From the NCBI RefSeq assembly GCF_006345805.1, contig NC_043011.1:43536464-43600463 (forward strand): 64,000 nt of DNA, in the 5' to 3' direction. This stretch comes from Octopus sinensis. Its lineage: Eukaryota. Position numbers and translations under genes: made by a program. The notes below the pieces were generated by a model. The model did not search any database, was not told the DNA's origin, and saw only the letters and a program-made list of their open reading frames with translations. This document shows positions 25,855 to 41,000 of the stretch, piece by piece; the stretch's first letter is position 1, and every line of letters starts with the position of its first letter.

Positions 25855-25911
25855 GCCGAAATAGGTCAGTTGAAGATCTAAAGGTCCCTGGTTCGATCCC
25901 GGGTTTCGGCA
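25855..25911 (+). pseudogene. First array monomer: tRNA-Phe with 16-nt internal deletion
   Basis: GCCGAAATAGGTCAGTTG|AAGATCT.., 57 nt; loses 3' D-arm and 5' anticodon stem. Confidence 0.92.
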
Positions 25912-26038
25912 TCGTACCTCATTTTTATTTTGGTCTTAGGTTCAATCGAATAATAAATATTTACGAAATTTCTATGACAACTTGGTTTTCTTCATGCCAT
26001 CTCTCCATGTCAATAAAATGGTAAATCAACAACGCACA

Positions 26039-29000
26039 GCCGAAATAGCTCAGTTGGGAGAGCGTTAGACTGAAGATCTAAAGGTCCCTGGTTCGATCCC
26101 GGGTTTCGGCATCGTACCTCATTTTTATTTTGGTCTTGGGTTCAATCGAATAATAAATATTTACGAAATTTCTATGACAACTTGGTTTTCTTCATGCCAT
26201 CTCTCAATGTCAATAAAATGGTAAATCAGCAACGCATAGCCGAAATAGCTCAGTTGGGAGAGCGTTAGACTGAAGATCTAAAGGTCCCTGGTTCGATCCC
26301 GGGTTTCGGCATCGTACCTCATTTTTATTTTGGTCTTAGGTTCAATCGAATAATAAATATTTACGAAATTTCTATGACGACTTGGTTTTCTTCATGTCAT
26401 CTCTCCATGCCAATAAAATGGTAAATCAGCAACGCACAGCCGAAATAGCTCAGATGGGAGAGCGTTACACTGAAGATCTAAAGGTCCCTGCTTCGATCCC
26501 GGGTTTCGGCATCGTACCTCATTTTTATTTTGGTCTTAGGTTCAATCGAATAATAAATATTTACGAAATTTCTATGACAACTTGGTTTTCTTCATGCCAT
26601 CTCTCCATGTCAATAAAATGGTAAATCAGCAAAGCACAGCCGAAATAGCTCAGTTGGGAGAGCGTTAGACTGAAGATCTAAAGGTCCCTGGTTCGATCCC
26701 GGGTTTCGGCATCGTACCTCATTTTTATTTTGTTCTTAGGTTCAATCGAATAAAATATTTACGAAATTCTATGACAACTTGGTTTTCTTCATGCCATCTC
26801 TCCATGTCAATAAAATGGTAAATCAGCAACGCACAGCCGAAATAGCTCAGTTGGGAGAGCGTTAGACTGAAGATCTAAAGGTCCCTGGTTCGATCCCGGG
26901 TTTCGGCATCGTACCTCATTTTTATTTTGTTCTTAGGTTCAATCGAATAATAAATATTTACGAAATTTCTATGACAACTTGGTTTTCTTCATGCCATCTC
27001 TCCATGTCAATAAAATGGTAAATCAGCAACGCACAGCCGAAATAGCTCAGTTGGGAGAGCGTTAGACTGAAGATCTAAAGGTCCCTGGTTCGATCCCGGG
27101 TTTCGGCATCGTATCTCATTTTTATTTTGTTCTTAGGTTCAATCGAATAATAAATATTTACGAAATTTCTATGTCAACTTGGTTTTCTTCATGCTATCTC
27201 TCCATGTCAATGAAATGGTAAATCAACAACGCATAGCCGAAATAGCTCAGTTGGGGGAGCGTTAGACTGAAGATCTAAAGGTCCCTCGTTCGATCCCGGG
27301 TTTCGGCATCGTACCTCATTTTTATTTTGTTCTTAGGTTCAATCGAATAATAAATATTTACGAAATTTCTATGACAACTTGGTTTTCTTCATGCCATCTC
27401 TCCATGCCAATAAAATGGTAAATCAGCAACGCATAGCCGAAATAGCTCAGTTGGGAGAGCGTTAGACTGAAGATCTAAAGGTCCCTGGTTCGATCCCGGG
27501 TTTCGGCATCGTACCTCATTTTTATTTTGGTCTTAGGTTCAATCGAATAATAAATTTTACGAAATTTCTATGACAACTTGGTTTTCTTCATGCCATCTCT
27601 CCATGTCAATAAAATGGTAAATCAGCAACGCACAGCCGAAATAGCTCAGTTGGGAGAGCGTTAGACTGAAGATCTAAAGGTCCCTGGTTCGATCCCGGGT
27701 TTCGGCATCGTACCTCATTTTTATATTGGTCTTAGGTTCAATCGAATAATAAATATTTACGAAATTTCTATGACAACTTGGTTTTCTTCATGCCATCTCT
27801 CCATGCCAATAAAATGGTAAATCAGCAACGCATAGCCGAAATAGCTCAGTTGGGAGAGCGTTAGACTGAAGATCTAAAGGTCCCTGGTTCGATCCCGGGT
27901 TTCGGCATCGTACCTCATTTTTATTTTGGTCTTAGGTTCAATCGAATAATAAATATTTACGAAATTTCTATGACAACTTGGTTTTCTTCATGCATCTCTC
28001 CATGTCAATAAAATGGTAAATCAGCAACGCACAGCCGAAATAGCTCAGTTGGGAGAGCGTTAGACTGAAGATCTAAAGGTCCCTGGTTCGATCCCGGGTT
28101 TCGGCATCGTACCTCATTTTTATTTTGGTCTTAGGTTCAATCGAATAATAAATATTTACGAAATTTCTATGACAACTTGGTTTTCTTCATGCCATCTCTC
28201 CATGCCAATAAAATGGTAAATCAGCAACGCACAGCCGAAATAGCTCAGTTGGGAGAGCGTTAGACTGAAGATCTAAAGGTCCCTGGTTCGATCCCGGGTT
28301 TCGGCATCGTATCTCATTTTTATTTTGTTCTTAGGTTCAATCGAATAATAAATATTTACGAAATTTCTATGACAACTTGGTTTTCTTCAGCCATCTCTCC
28401 ATGCCAATAAAATGGTAAATCAGCAACGCATAGCCGAAATAGCTCAGTTGGGGGAGCGTTAGACTGAAGATCTAAAGGTCCCTCGTTCGATCCCGGGTTT
28501 CGGCATCGTACCTCATTTTTATTTTGTTCTTAGGTTCAATCGAATAATAAATATTTACGAAATTTCTATGACAACTTGGTTTTCTTCATGCCATCTCTCC
28601 ATGCCAATAAAATGGTAAATCAGCAACGCATAGCCGAAATAGCTCAGTTGGGAGAGCGTTAGACTGAAGATCTAAAGGTCCCTGGTTCGATCCCGGGTTT
28701 CGGCATCGTACCTCATTTTTATTTTGGTCTTAGGTTCAATCGAATAATAAATATTTACGAAATTTCTATGACAACTTGGTTTTCTTCATGCCATCTCTCC
28801 ATGTCAATAAAATGGTAAATCAGCAACGCACAGCCGAAATAGCTCAGTTGGGAGAGCGTTAGACTGAAGATCTAAAGGTCCCTGGTTCGATCCCGGGTTT
28901 CGGCATCGTACCTCATTTTTATATTGGTCTTAGGTTCAATCGAATAATAAATTTTACGAAATTTCTATGACAACTTGGTTTTCTTCATGCCATCTCTCCA

Positions 29001-32000
29001 TGCCAATAAAATGGTAAATCAGCAACGCATAGCCGAAATAGCTCAGTTGGGAGAGCGTTAGACTGAAGATCTAAAGGTCCCTGGTTCGATCCCGGGTTCG
29101 GCATCGTACCTCATTTTTATTTTGTTCTTAGGTTCAATCGAATAATAATATTTACGAAATTTCTATGACAACTTGGTTTTCTTCAGCCATCTCTCCATGC
29201 CAATAAAATGGTAAATCAGCAACGCATAACCGAAATAGCTCAGTTGGGAGAGCGTTAGACTGAAGATCTAAAGGTCCCTGGTTCGATCCCGGGTTTCGGC
29301 ATCGTACCTCATTTTTATTTTGGTCTTAGGTTCAATCGAATAATAAATATTACGAAATTTCTATGACAACTTGGTTTTCTTCATGTCATCTCTCCATGTC
29401 AATAAAATGGTAAATCAGCAACGCACAGCCGAAATAGCTCAGTTGGGAGAGCGTTAGACTGAAGATCTAAAGGTCCCTGGTTCGATCCCGGGTTTCGGCA
29501 TCGTACCTCATTTTTATTTTGGTCTTAGGTTCAATCGAATAATAAATATTTACGAAATTTCTATGACAACTTGGTTTTCTTCATGTCATCTCTCCACGCC
29601 AATAAAATGGTAAATCAGCAGCGCACAGCCGAAATAGCTCAGTTGGGAGAGCGTTAGACTGAAGATCTAAAGGTCCCTGGTTCGATCCCGGGTTTCGGCA
29701 TCGTACCTCATTTTTATTTTGGTCTTAGGTTCAATCGAATAATAAATATTTACGAAATTTCTATGACAACTTGGTTTTCTTCATGCCATCTCTCCACGCC
29801 AATAAAATGGTAAATCAGCAACGCATAGCCGAAATAGCTCAGTTGGGAGAGCGTGAGACTGAAGATCTAAAGGTCCCTGGTTCGATCCCGGGTTTCGGCA
29901 TCGTACCTCATTTTTATTTTGTCTTAGGTTCAATCGAATAATAAATATTTACGAAATTTCTATGACAACTTGGTTTTCTTCATGCCATCTCTCCATGACA
30001 ATAAAATGGTAAATCAGCAACGCACAGCCGAAATAGCTCAGTTGGGAGAGCGTTAGACTGAAGATCTAAAGGTCCCTGGTTCGATCCCGGGTTTCGGCAT
30101 CGTACCTCATTTTTATTTTGGTCTTAGGTTCAATCGAATAATAAATATTTACGAAATTTCTATGACAACTTGGTTTTCTTCATGCCATCTCTCCATGACA
30201 ATAAAATGGTAAATCAGCAACGCACAGCCGAAATAGCTCAGTTGGGAGAGCGTTAGACTGAAGATCTAAAGGTCCCTGGTTCGATCCCGGGTTTCGGCAT
30301 CGTACCTCATTTTTATTTTGTCTTAGGTTCAATCGAATAATAAATATTTACGAAATTTCTATGACAACTTGGTTTTCTTCATGCCATCTCTCCATGACAA
30401 TGAAATAGTAAATCAGCAACGCACAGCCGAAATAGCTCAGTTGGGAGAGCGTTAGACTGAAGATCTAAAGGTCCCTGCTTCGATCCCGGGTTTCGGCATC
30501 GTACCTCATTTTTATTTTGGTCTTAGGTTCAATCGAATAATAAATATTTACGAAATTTCTATGACAACTTGGTTTTCTTCATGCCATTTCTCCATGTCAA
30601 TAAAATGGTAAATCAGCAACGCATAGCCGAAATAGCTCAGTTGGGAGAGCGTTAGACTGAAGATCTAAAGGTCCCTGGTTTGATCCCGGGTTTCGGCATC
30701 GTACCTCATTTTTATTTTGGTCTTAGGTTCAATCGAATAATAATATTTACGAAATTTCTATGACAACTTGGTTTTCTTCATGCCATCTCTCCATGTCAAT
30801 AAAATGGTAAATCAGCAACGCATAGCCGAAATAGCTCAGTTGGGAGAGCGTTAGACTGAAGATCTAAAGGTCCCTGGTTCGATCCCGGGTTTCGGCATCG
30901 TACCTCATTTTTATTTTGGTCTTAGGTTCAATCGAATAATAAATATTTACGAAATTTCTATGACAACTTGGTTTTCTTCATGCCATCTCTCCATGTCAAT
31001 AAAATGGTAAATCAGCAACGCATAGCCGAAATAGCTCAGTTGGGAGAGCGTTAGACTGAAGATCTAAAGGTCCCTGCTTCGATCCCGGGTTTCGGCATCG
31101 TACTTCATTTTTATTTTGGTCTTAGGTTCAATCGAATAATAAATATTTACGAAATTTCTATGACAACTTGGTTTTCTTCATGCCATCTCTCCATGCCAAT
31201 AAAGTGGTAAATCTGCAACGCATAGCCGAAATAGCTCAGTTGGGAGAGCGTTAGACTGAAGATCTAAAGGTCCCTGCTTCGATCCCGGGTTTCGGCATCG
31301 TACCTCATTTTTATTTTGGTCTTAGGTTCAATCGAATAATAAATATTTACGAAATTTCTATGACAACTTGGTTTTCTTCATGCCATCTCTCCATGTCAAT
31401 AAAATGGTAAATCAGCAACGCATAGCCGAAATAGCTCAGTTGGGAGAGCGTTAGACTGAAGATCTAAAGGTCCCTGGTTCGATCCCGGGTTTCGGCATCG
31501 TACCTCATTTTTATTTTGTTCTTAGGTTCAATCGAATAATAAATATTTACGAAATTTCTATGACAACTTGGTTTTCTTCATGTCATCTCTCCATGTCAAT
31601 AAAATGGTAAATCAGCAACGCATAGCCGAAATAGCTCTGTTGGGAGAGCGTTAGACTGAAGATCTAAAGGTCCCTGCTTCGATCCCGGGTTTCGGCATCG
31701 TACCTCATTTTTATTTTGGTCTTAGGTTCAATCGAATAATAAATATTTACGAAATTTCTATGACAACTTGGTTTTCTTCATGCCATCTCTCCATGTCAAT
31801 AAAATGGTAAATCAGCAACGCATAGCCGAAATAGCTCAGTTGGGAGAGCGTTAGACTGAAGATCTAAAGGTCCCTGGTTCGATCCCGGGTTTCGGCATCG
31901 TACCTCATTTTTATTTTGGTCTTAGGTTCAATCGAATAATAAATATTTACGAAATTTCTATGACAACTTGGTTTTCTTCATGTCATCTCTCCATGCCAAT

Positions 32001-35000
32001 AAAATGGTAAATCAGCAACGCATAGCCGAAATAGCTCAGTTGGGAGAGCGTTAGACTGAAGATCTAAACGTCCCTGCTTCGATCCCGGGTTTCGGCATCG
32101 TACCTCATTTTTATTTTGGTCTTAGGTTCCATCGAATAATAAATATTTACGAAATTTCTATGACAACTTGGTTTTCTTCATGCCATCTCTCCATGTCGAC
32201 AAAATGTTAAATCAGCAACGCACAGCCGAAATAGCTCAGTTGGGAGAGCGTTAGACTGAAGATCTAAAGGTCCCTGCTTCGATCCCGGGTTTCGGCATCG
32301 TACCTCATTTTTATTTTGGTCTTAGGTTCAATCGAATAATAAATATTTACGAAATTTCTATGACAACTTGGTTTTCTTCATGCCATCTCTCCATGTCAAT
32401 AAAATGGTAAATCAGCAACGCATAGCCGAAATAGCTCAGTTGGGAGAGCGTTAGACTGAAGATCTAAAGGTCCCTGGTTCGATCCCGGGTTTCGGCATCG
32501 TACCTCATTTTTATTTTGGTCTTAGGTTCAATCGAATAATAAATATTTACGAAATTTCTATGACAACTTGGTTTTCTTCATGTCATCTCTCCATGCCAAT
32601 AAAATGGTAAATCAGCAACGCATAGCCGAAATAGCTCAGTTGGGAGAGCGTTAGACTGAAGATCTAAACGTCCCTGCTTCGATCCCGGGTTTCGGCATCG
32701 TACCTCATTTTTATTTTGGTCTTAGGTTCAATCGAATAATAAATATTTACGAAATTTCTATGACAACTTGGTTTTCTTCATGCCATCTCTCCATGTCGAT
32801 AAAATGTTAAATCAGCAACGCACAGCCGAAATAGCTCAGTTGGGAGAGCGTTACACTGAAGATCTAAAGGTCCCTGCTTCGATCCCGGGTTTCGGCATCG
32901 TACCTCATTTTGATTTTGGTCTTAGGTTCAATCGAATAATAAATATTTACGAAATTTCTATGACAACTTGGTTTTCTTCATGCCATCTCTCCATGACAAT
33001 AAAATGGTGAATCAGCAACGCATAGCCGAAATAGCTCAGTTGGGAGAGCGTTAGACTGAAGATCTAAAGGTCCCTGGTTCGATCCCGGGTTTCGGCATCG
33101 TACCTCATTTTTATTTTGTTCTTAGGTTCAATCGAATAATAAATATTTACGAAATTTCTATGACAACTTGGTTTTCTTCATGCCATCTCTCCATGACAAT
33201 AAAATGGTAAATCAGCAACGCATAGCCGAAATAGCTCAGTTGGGAGAGCGTTAGACTGAAGATCTAAAGGTCCCTGGTTCGATCCCGGGTTTCGGCATCG
33301 TACCTCATTTTTATTTTGTTCTTAGGTTCAATCGAATAATAAATATTTACGAAATTTCTATGACAACTTGGTTTTCTTCATGCCATCTCTCCATGACAAT
33401 AAAATGGTAAATCAGCAACGCATAGCCGAAATAGCTCAGTTGGGAGAGCGTTAGACTGAAGATCTAAAGGTCCCTGGTTCGGTCCCGGGTTTCGGCATCG
33501 TACCTCATTTTTATTTTGGTCTTAGGTTCTATCGAATAATAAATATTTACGAAATTTCCATGATAACTTGGTTTTCTTCATGTCATCTCTCCATGCCAAT
33601 AAAATGGTAAATCAGCAACGCATAGCCGAAATAGCTCAGTTGGGAGAGCGTTAGACTGAAGATCTAAAGGTCCCTGGTTCGATCCCGGTTTCGGCATCGT
33701 ACCTCATTTTTATTTTGGTCTTAGGTTCAATCGAATAATAAATATTTACGAAATTTCCATGACAACTTGGTTTTCTTCATGTCATCTCTCCATGCCAATA
33801 AAATGGTAAATCAGCAACGCATAGCGAAATAGCTCAGTTGGGAGAGCGTTAGACTGAAGATCTAAAGGTCCCTGGTTCGATCCCGGGTTTCGGCATCGTA
33901 CCTCATTTTTATTTTGGTCTTAGGTTCAATCGAATAATAAATATTTACGAAATTTCCATGACAACTTGGTTTTCTTCATGTCATCTCCATCCATAAAATA
34001 AAATGGTAAATCAGCAACGCATAGCCGAAATAGCTCAGTTGGGAGAGCGTTAGACTGAAGATCTAAAGGTCCCTGGTTCGATCCCGGGTTTCGGCATCGT
34101 ACCTCATTTTCATTTTGGTCTTAGGTTCAATCGAATAATAAATATTTACGAAATTTCCATGACAACTTGGTTTTCTTCATGTCATCTCTCCATGCCAATA
34201 AAATGGTAAATCAGCAACGCATAGCCGAAATAGCTCAGTTGGGAGAGCGTTAGACTGAAGATCTAAAGGTCCCTGGTTCGATCCCGGGTTTCGGCATCGT
34301 ACCTCATTTTTATTTTGGTCTTAGGTTCAATCGAATAATAAATATTTACGAAATTTCTATGACAACTTGGTTTTCTTCATGTCATCTCTCCATGCCAATA
34401 AAATGGTAAATCAGCAACGCATAGCCGAAATAGCTCAGTTGGGAGAGCGTTAGACTGAAGATCTAAAGGTCCCTGGTTCGATCCCGGGTTTCGGCATCGT
34501 ACCTCATTTTTATTTTGGTCTTAGGTTCAATCGAATAATAAATACTTACGAAATTTCTATGACAACTTGTTTTCTTCATGTCATCTCTCCATGTCAATAA
34601 AATGGTAAATCAGCAAAGTACAGCCGACATAGCTCAGTTGGGAGAGCGTTAGACTGAAGATCTAAAGGTCACTGGTTCGATCCCGGGTTTCGGCATCGTA
34701 CCTCATTTTTATTTTGGTCTTAGGTTCAATCGAATAATAAATATTTACGAAATTTCCATGACAATTTGGTTTTCTTCATGTCATCTCTCCATGCCAATAA
34801 AATGGTAAATCAGCAACGCATAGCCGAAATAGCTCAGTTGGGAGAGCGTTAGACTGAAGATCTAAAGGTCCCTGGTTCGATCCCGGGTTTCGGCATCGTA
34901 CCTCATTTTTATTTTGGTCTTAGGTTCAATCGAATAATAAATATTTACGAAATTTCTATGACAACTTGGTTTTCTTCATGTCATCTCTCCATGTCAATAA

Positions 35001-38000
35001 AATGGTAAATCAGCAACGCATAGCCGAAATAGCTCTGTTGGGAGAGCGTTAGACTGAAGATCTAAAGGTCCCTGCTTCGATCCCGGGTTTCGGCATCGTA
35101 CCTCATTTTTATTTTGGTCTTAGGTTCAATCGAATAATAAATATTTACGAAATTTCTATGACAACTTGGTTTTCTTCATGCCATCTCTCCATGTCAATAA
35201 AATGGTAAATCAGCAACGCATAGCCGAAATAGCTCAGTTGGGAGAGCGTTAGACTGAAGATCTAAAGGTCCCTGGTTCGATCCCGGGTTTCGGCATCGTA
35301 CCTCATTTTTATTTTGGTCTTAGGTTCAATCGAATAATAAATATTTACGAAATTTCTATGACAACTTGGTTTTCTTCATGTCATCTCTCCATGCCAATAA
35401 AATGGTAAATCAGCAACGCATAGCCGAAATAGCTCAGTTGGGAGAGCGTTAGACTGAAGATCTAAACGTCCCTGCTTCGATCCCGGGTTTCGGCATCGTA
35501 CCTCATTTTTATTTTGTTCTTAGGTTCCATCGAATAATAAATATTTACGAAATTTCTATGACAACTTGGTTTTCTTCATGCCATCTCTCCATGTCGATAA
35601 AATGTTAAATCAGCAACGCACAGCCGAAATAGCTCAGTTGGGAGAGCGTTAGACTGAAGATCTAAAGGTCCCTGCTTCGATCCCGGGTTTCGGCATCGTA
35701 CCTCATTTTTATTTTGGTCTTAGGTTCAATCGAATAATAAATATTTACGAAATTTCTATGACAACTTGGTTTTCTTCATGCCATCTCTCCATGTCAATAA
35801 AATGGTAAATCAGCAACGCATAGCCGAAATAGCTCAGTTGGGAGAGCGTTAGACTGAAGATCTAAAGGTCCCTGGTTCGATCCCGGGTTTCGGCATCGTA
35901 CCTCATTTTTATTTTGGTCTTAGGTTCAATCGAATAATAAATATTTACGAAATTTCTATGACAACTTGGTTTTCTTCATGTCATCTCTCCATGCCAATAA
36001 AATGGTAAATCAGCAACGCATAGCCGAAATAGCTCAGTTGGGAGAGCGTTAGACTGAAGATCTAAACGTCCCTGCTTCGATCCCGGGTTTCGGCATCGTA
36101 CCTCATTTTTATTTTGGTCTTAGGTTCAATCGAATAATAAATATTTACGAAATTTCTATGACAACTTGGTTTTCTTCATGCCATCTCTCCATGACAATAA
36201 AATGGTGAATCAGCAACGCATAGCCGAAATAGCTCAGTTGGGAGAGCGTTAGACTGAAGATCTAAAGGTCCCTGGTTCGATCCCGGGTTTCGGCATCGTA
36301 CCTCATTTTTTTTTGTTCTTAGGTTCAATCGAATAATAAATATTTACGAAATTTCTATGACAACTTGGTTTTCTTCATGCCATCTCTCCATGACAATAAA
36401 ATGGTAAATCAGCAACGCATAGCCGAAATAGCTCAGTTGGGAGAGCGTTAGACTGAAGATCTAAAGGTCCCTGGTTCGATCCCGGGTTTCGGCATCGTAC
36501 CTCATTTTTATTTTGGTCTTAGGTTCTATCGAATAATAAATATTTACGAAATTTCCATGATAACTTGGTTTTTTCATGTCATCTCTCCATGCCAATAAAA
36601 TGGTAAATCAGCAACGCATAGCCGAAATAGCTCAGTTGGGAGAGCGTTAGACTGAAGATCTAAAGGTCCCTGGTTCGATCCCGGGTTTCGGCATCGTACC
36701 TCATTTTTATTTTGGTCTTAGGTTCAATCGAATAATAAATATTTACGAAATTTCTATGACAACTTGGTTTTCTTCATGTCATCTCTCCATGCCAATAAAA
36801 TGGTAAATCAGCAACGCATAGCCGAAATAGCTCAGTTGGGAGAGCGTTAGACTGAAGATCTAAAGGTCCCTGGTTCGATCCCGGGTTTCGGCATCGTACC
36901 TCATTTTTATTTTGGTCTTAGGTTCAATCGAATAATAAATATTTACGAAATTTCCATGACAACTTGGTTTTCTTCATGTCATCTCTCCATGCCAATAAAA
37001 TGGTAAATCAGCAACGCATAGCCGAAATAGCTCAGTTGGGAGAGCGTTAGACTGAAGATCTAAAGGTCCCTGGTTCGATCCCGGTTTCGGCATCGTACCT
37101 CATTTTCATTTTGGTCTTAGGTTCAATCGAATAATAAATATTTACGAAATTTCCATGACAACTTGGTTTTCTTCATGTCATCTCTCCATGCCAATAAAAT
37201 GGTAAATCAGCAACGCATAGCCGAAATAGCTCAGTTGGGAGAGCGTTAGACTGAAGATCTAAAGGTCCCTGGTTCGATCCCGGTTTCGGCATCGTACCTC
37301 ATTTTTATTTTGGTCTTAGGTTCAATCGAATAATAATATTTACGAAATTTCTATGACAACTTGGTTTTCTTCATGTCATCTCTCCATGCCAATAAAATGG
37401 TAAATCAGCAACGCATAGCCGAAATAGCTCAGTTGGGAGAGCGTTAGACTGAAGATCTAAAGGTCCCTGGTTCGATCCCGGGTTTCGGCATCGTACCTCA
37501 TTTTTATTTTGGTCTTAGGTTCAATCGAATAATAAATACTTACGAAATTTCTATGACAACTTGGTTTTCTTCATGTCATCTCCATGTCAATAAAATGGTA
37601 AATCAGCAAAGTACAGCCGACATAGCTCAGTTGGGAGAGCGTTAGACTGAAGATCTAAAGGTCACTGGTTCGATCCCGGGTTTCGGCATCGTACCTCATT
37701 TTTATTTTGGTCTTAGGTTCAATCGAATAATAAATATTTACGAAATTTCCATGACAACTTGGTTTTCTTCATGTCATCTCTCCATGCCAATAAAATGGTA
37801 AATCAGCAACGCATAGCCGAAATAGCTCAGTTGGGAGAGCGTTAGACTGAAGATCTAAAGGTCACTGGTTCGATCCCGGGTTTCGGCATCGTACCTCATT
37901 TTTATTTTGGTCTTAGGTTCAATCGAATAATAAATATTTACGAAATTTCCATGACAACTTGGTTTTCTTCATGTCATCTCTCCATGCCAATAAAATGGTA

Positions 38001-41000
38001 AATCAGCAACGCATAGCCGAAATAGCTCAGTTGGGAGAGCGTTAGACTGAAGATCTAAAGGTCCCTGGTTCGATCCCGGGTTTCGGCATCGTACCTCATT
38101 TTTATTTTGGTCTTAGGTTCAATCGAATAATAAATTTTACGAAATTTCTATGACAACTTGGTTTTCTTCATGTCATCTCTCCATGTCAATAAAATGGTAA
38201 ATCAGCAACGCATAGCCGAAATAGCTCTGTTGGGAGAGCGTTAGACTGAAGATCTAAAGGTCCCTGCTTCGATCCCGGGTTTCGGCATCGTACCTCATTT
38301 TTATTTTGGTTTTAGTTTCAATCGAATAATAAATATTTACGAAATTTCTATGACAACTTGGTTTTCTTCATGTCATCTCTCCACGTCAATAAAATGGTAA
38401 ATCAGCAACGCATAGCCGAAATAGCTCAGTTGGGAGAGCGTTAGACTGAAGATCTAAAGGTCCCTGGTTCGATCCCGGGTTTCGGCATCGTACCTCATTT
38501 TTATTTTGTTCTTAGGTTCAATCGAATAATAAATATTTACGAAATTTCTATGACAACTTGGTTTTCTTCATGCCATCTCTCCATGCCAATAAAATGGTAA
38601 ATCAGCAACGCATAGCCGAAATAGCTCAGTTGGGAGAGCGTTAGACTGAAGATCTAAACGTCCCTGCTTCGATCCCGGTTTCGGCATCGTACCTCATTTT
38701 TATTTTGTTCTTAGGTTCCATCGAATAATAAATATTTACGAAATTTCTATGACAACTTGGTTTTCTTCATGCCATCTCTCCATGTCGATAAAATGTTAAA
38801 TCAGCAACGCACAGCCGAAATAGCTCAGTTGGGAGAGCGTTAGACTGAAGATCTAAAGGTCCCTGCTTCGATCCCGGGTTTCGGCATCGTACCTCATTTT
38901 TATTTTGGTCTTAGGTTCAATCGAATAATAAATATTTACGAAATTTCTATGACAACTTGGTTTTCTTCATGCCATCTCTCCATGTCAATAAAATGGTAAA
39001 TCAGCAACGCATAGCCGAAATAGCTCAGTTGGGAGAGCGTTAGACTGAAGATCTAAAGGTCCCTGGTTCGATCCCGGGTTTCGGCATCGTACCTCATTTT
39101 TATTTTGGTCTTAGGTTCAATCGAATAATAAATATTTACGAAATTTCTATGACAACTTGGTTTTCTTCATGTCATCTCTCCATGCCAATAAAATGGTAAA
39201 TTAGCAACGCATAGCCGAAATAGCTCAGTTGGAGAGCGTTAGACTGAAGATCTAAACGTCCCTGCTTCGATCCCGGGTTTCGGCATCGTACCTCATTTTT
39301 ATTTTGGTCTTAGGTTCAATCGAATAATAAATATTTATTTACGAAATTTCTATGACAACTTGGTTTTCTTCATGCCATCTCTCCATGTCGATAAAATGTT
39401 AAATCAGCAACGCACAGCCGAAATAGCTCAGTTGGGAGAGCGTTACACTGAAGATCTAAAGGTCACTGGTTCGATCCCGGGTTTCGGCATCGTACCTCAT
39501 TTTTATTTTGGTCTTAGGTTCAATCGAATAATAAATATTTACGAAATTTCTATGACAACTTGGTTTTCTTCATGTCATCTCTCCATGCCAATAAAATGGT
39601 AAATCAGCAACGCATAGCCGAAATAGCTCAGTTGGGAGAGCGTTAGACTGAAGATCTAAAGGTCCCTGGTTCGATCCCGGGTTTCGGCATCGTACCTCAT
39701 TTTTATTTTGGTCTTAGGTTCAATCGAATAATAAATATTTACGAAATTTCCATGACAACTTGGTTTTCTTCATGTCATCTCTCCATGCCAATAAAATGGT
39801 AAATCAGCAACGCATAGCCGAAATAGCTCAGTTGGGAGAGCGTTAGACTGAAGATCTAAAGGTCCCTGGTTCGATCCCGGGTTTCGGCATCGTACCTCAT
39901 TTTTATTTTGGTCTTAGGTTCAATCGAATAATAAATATTTACGAAATTTCCATGACAAATTGGTTTTCTTCATGTCATCTCTCCATGCCAATAAAATGGT
40001 AAATCAGCAACGCATAGCCGAAATAGCTCAGTTGGGAGAGCGTTAGACTGAAGATCTAAAGGTCCCTGGTTCGATCCCGGGTTTCGGCATCGTACCTCAT
40101 TTTTATTTTGGTCTTAGGTTCAATCGAATAATAAATATTTACGAAATTTCTATGACAACTTGGTTTTCTTCATGTCATCTCTCCATGCCAATAAAATGGT
40201 AAATCAGCAACGCATAGCCGAAATAGCTCAGTTGGGAGAGCGTTAGACTGAAGATCTAAAGGTCCCTGGTTCGATCCCGGGTTTCGGCATCGTACCTCAT
40301 TTTTATTTTGGTCTTAGGTTCAATCGAATAATAAATACTTACGAAATTTCTATGACAACTTGGTTTTCTTCATGTCATCTCTCCATGTCAATAAAATGGT
40401 AAATCAGCAAAGTACAGCCGACATAGCTCAGTTGGGAGAGCGTTAGACTGAAGATCTAAAGGTCACTGGTTCGATCCCGGGTTTCGGCATCGTACCTCAT
40501 TTTTATTTTGGTCTTAGGTTCAATCGAATAATAAATATTTACGAAATTTCCATGACAACTTGGTTTTCTTCATGTCATCTCTCCATGCCAATAAAATGGT
40601 AAATCAGCAACGCATAGCCGAAATAGCTCAGTTGGGAGAGCGTTAGACTGAAGATCTAAAGGTCCCTGGTTCGATCCCGGGTTTCGGCATCGTACCTCAT
40701 TTTTATTTTGGTCTTAGGTTCAATCGAATAATAAATATTTACGAAATTTCCATGACAACTTGGTTTTCTTCATGTCATCTCTCCAAGCCAATAAAATGGT
40801 AAATCAGCAACGCATAGCCGAAATAGCTCAGTTGGGAGAGCGTTAGACTGAAGATCTAAAGGTCCCTGGTTCGATCCCGGGTTTCGGCATCGTACCTCAT
40901 TTTTATTTTGGTCTTAGGTTCAATCGAATAATAAATACTTACGAAATTTCTATGACAACTTGGTTTTCTTCATGTCATCTCTCCATGTCAATAAAATGGT

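Noticed and set aside
26382-39602. 80-aa ORFs at 26382, 32768 and 39360 in the array
   Set aside because: They exist only because G30C removes a TAG in those monomers; they start at TTG and have no coding evidence
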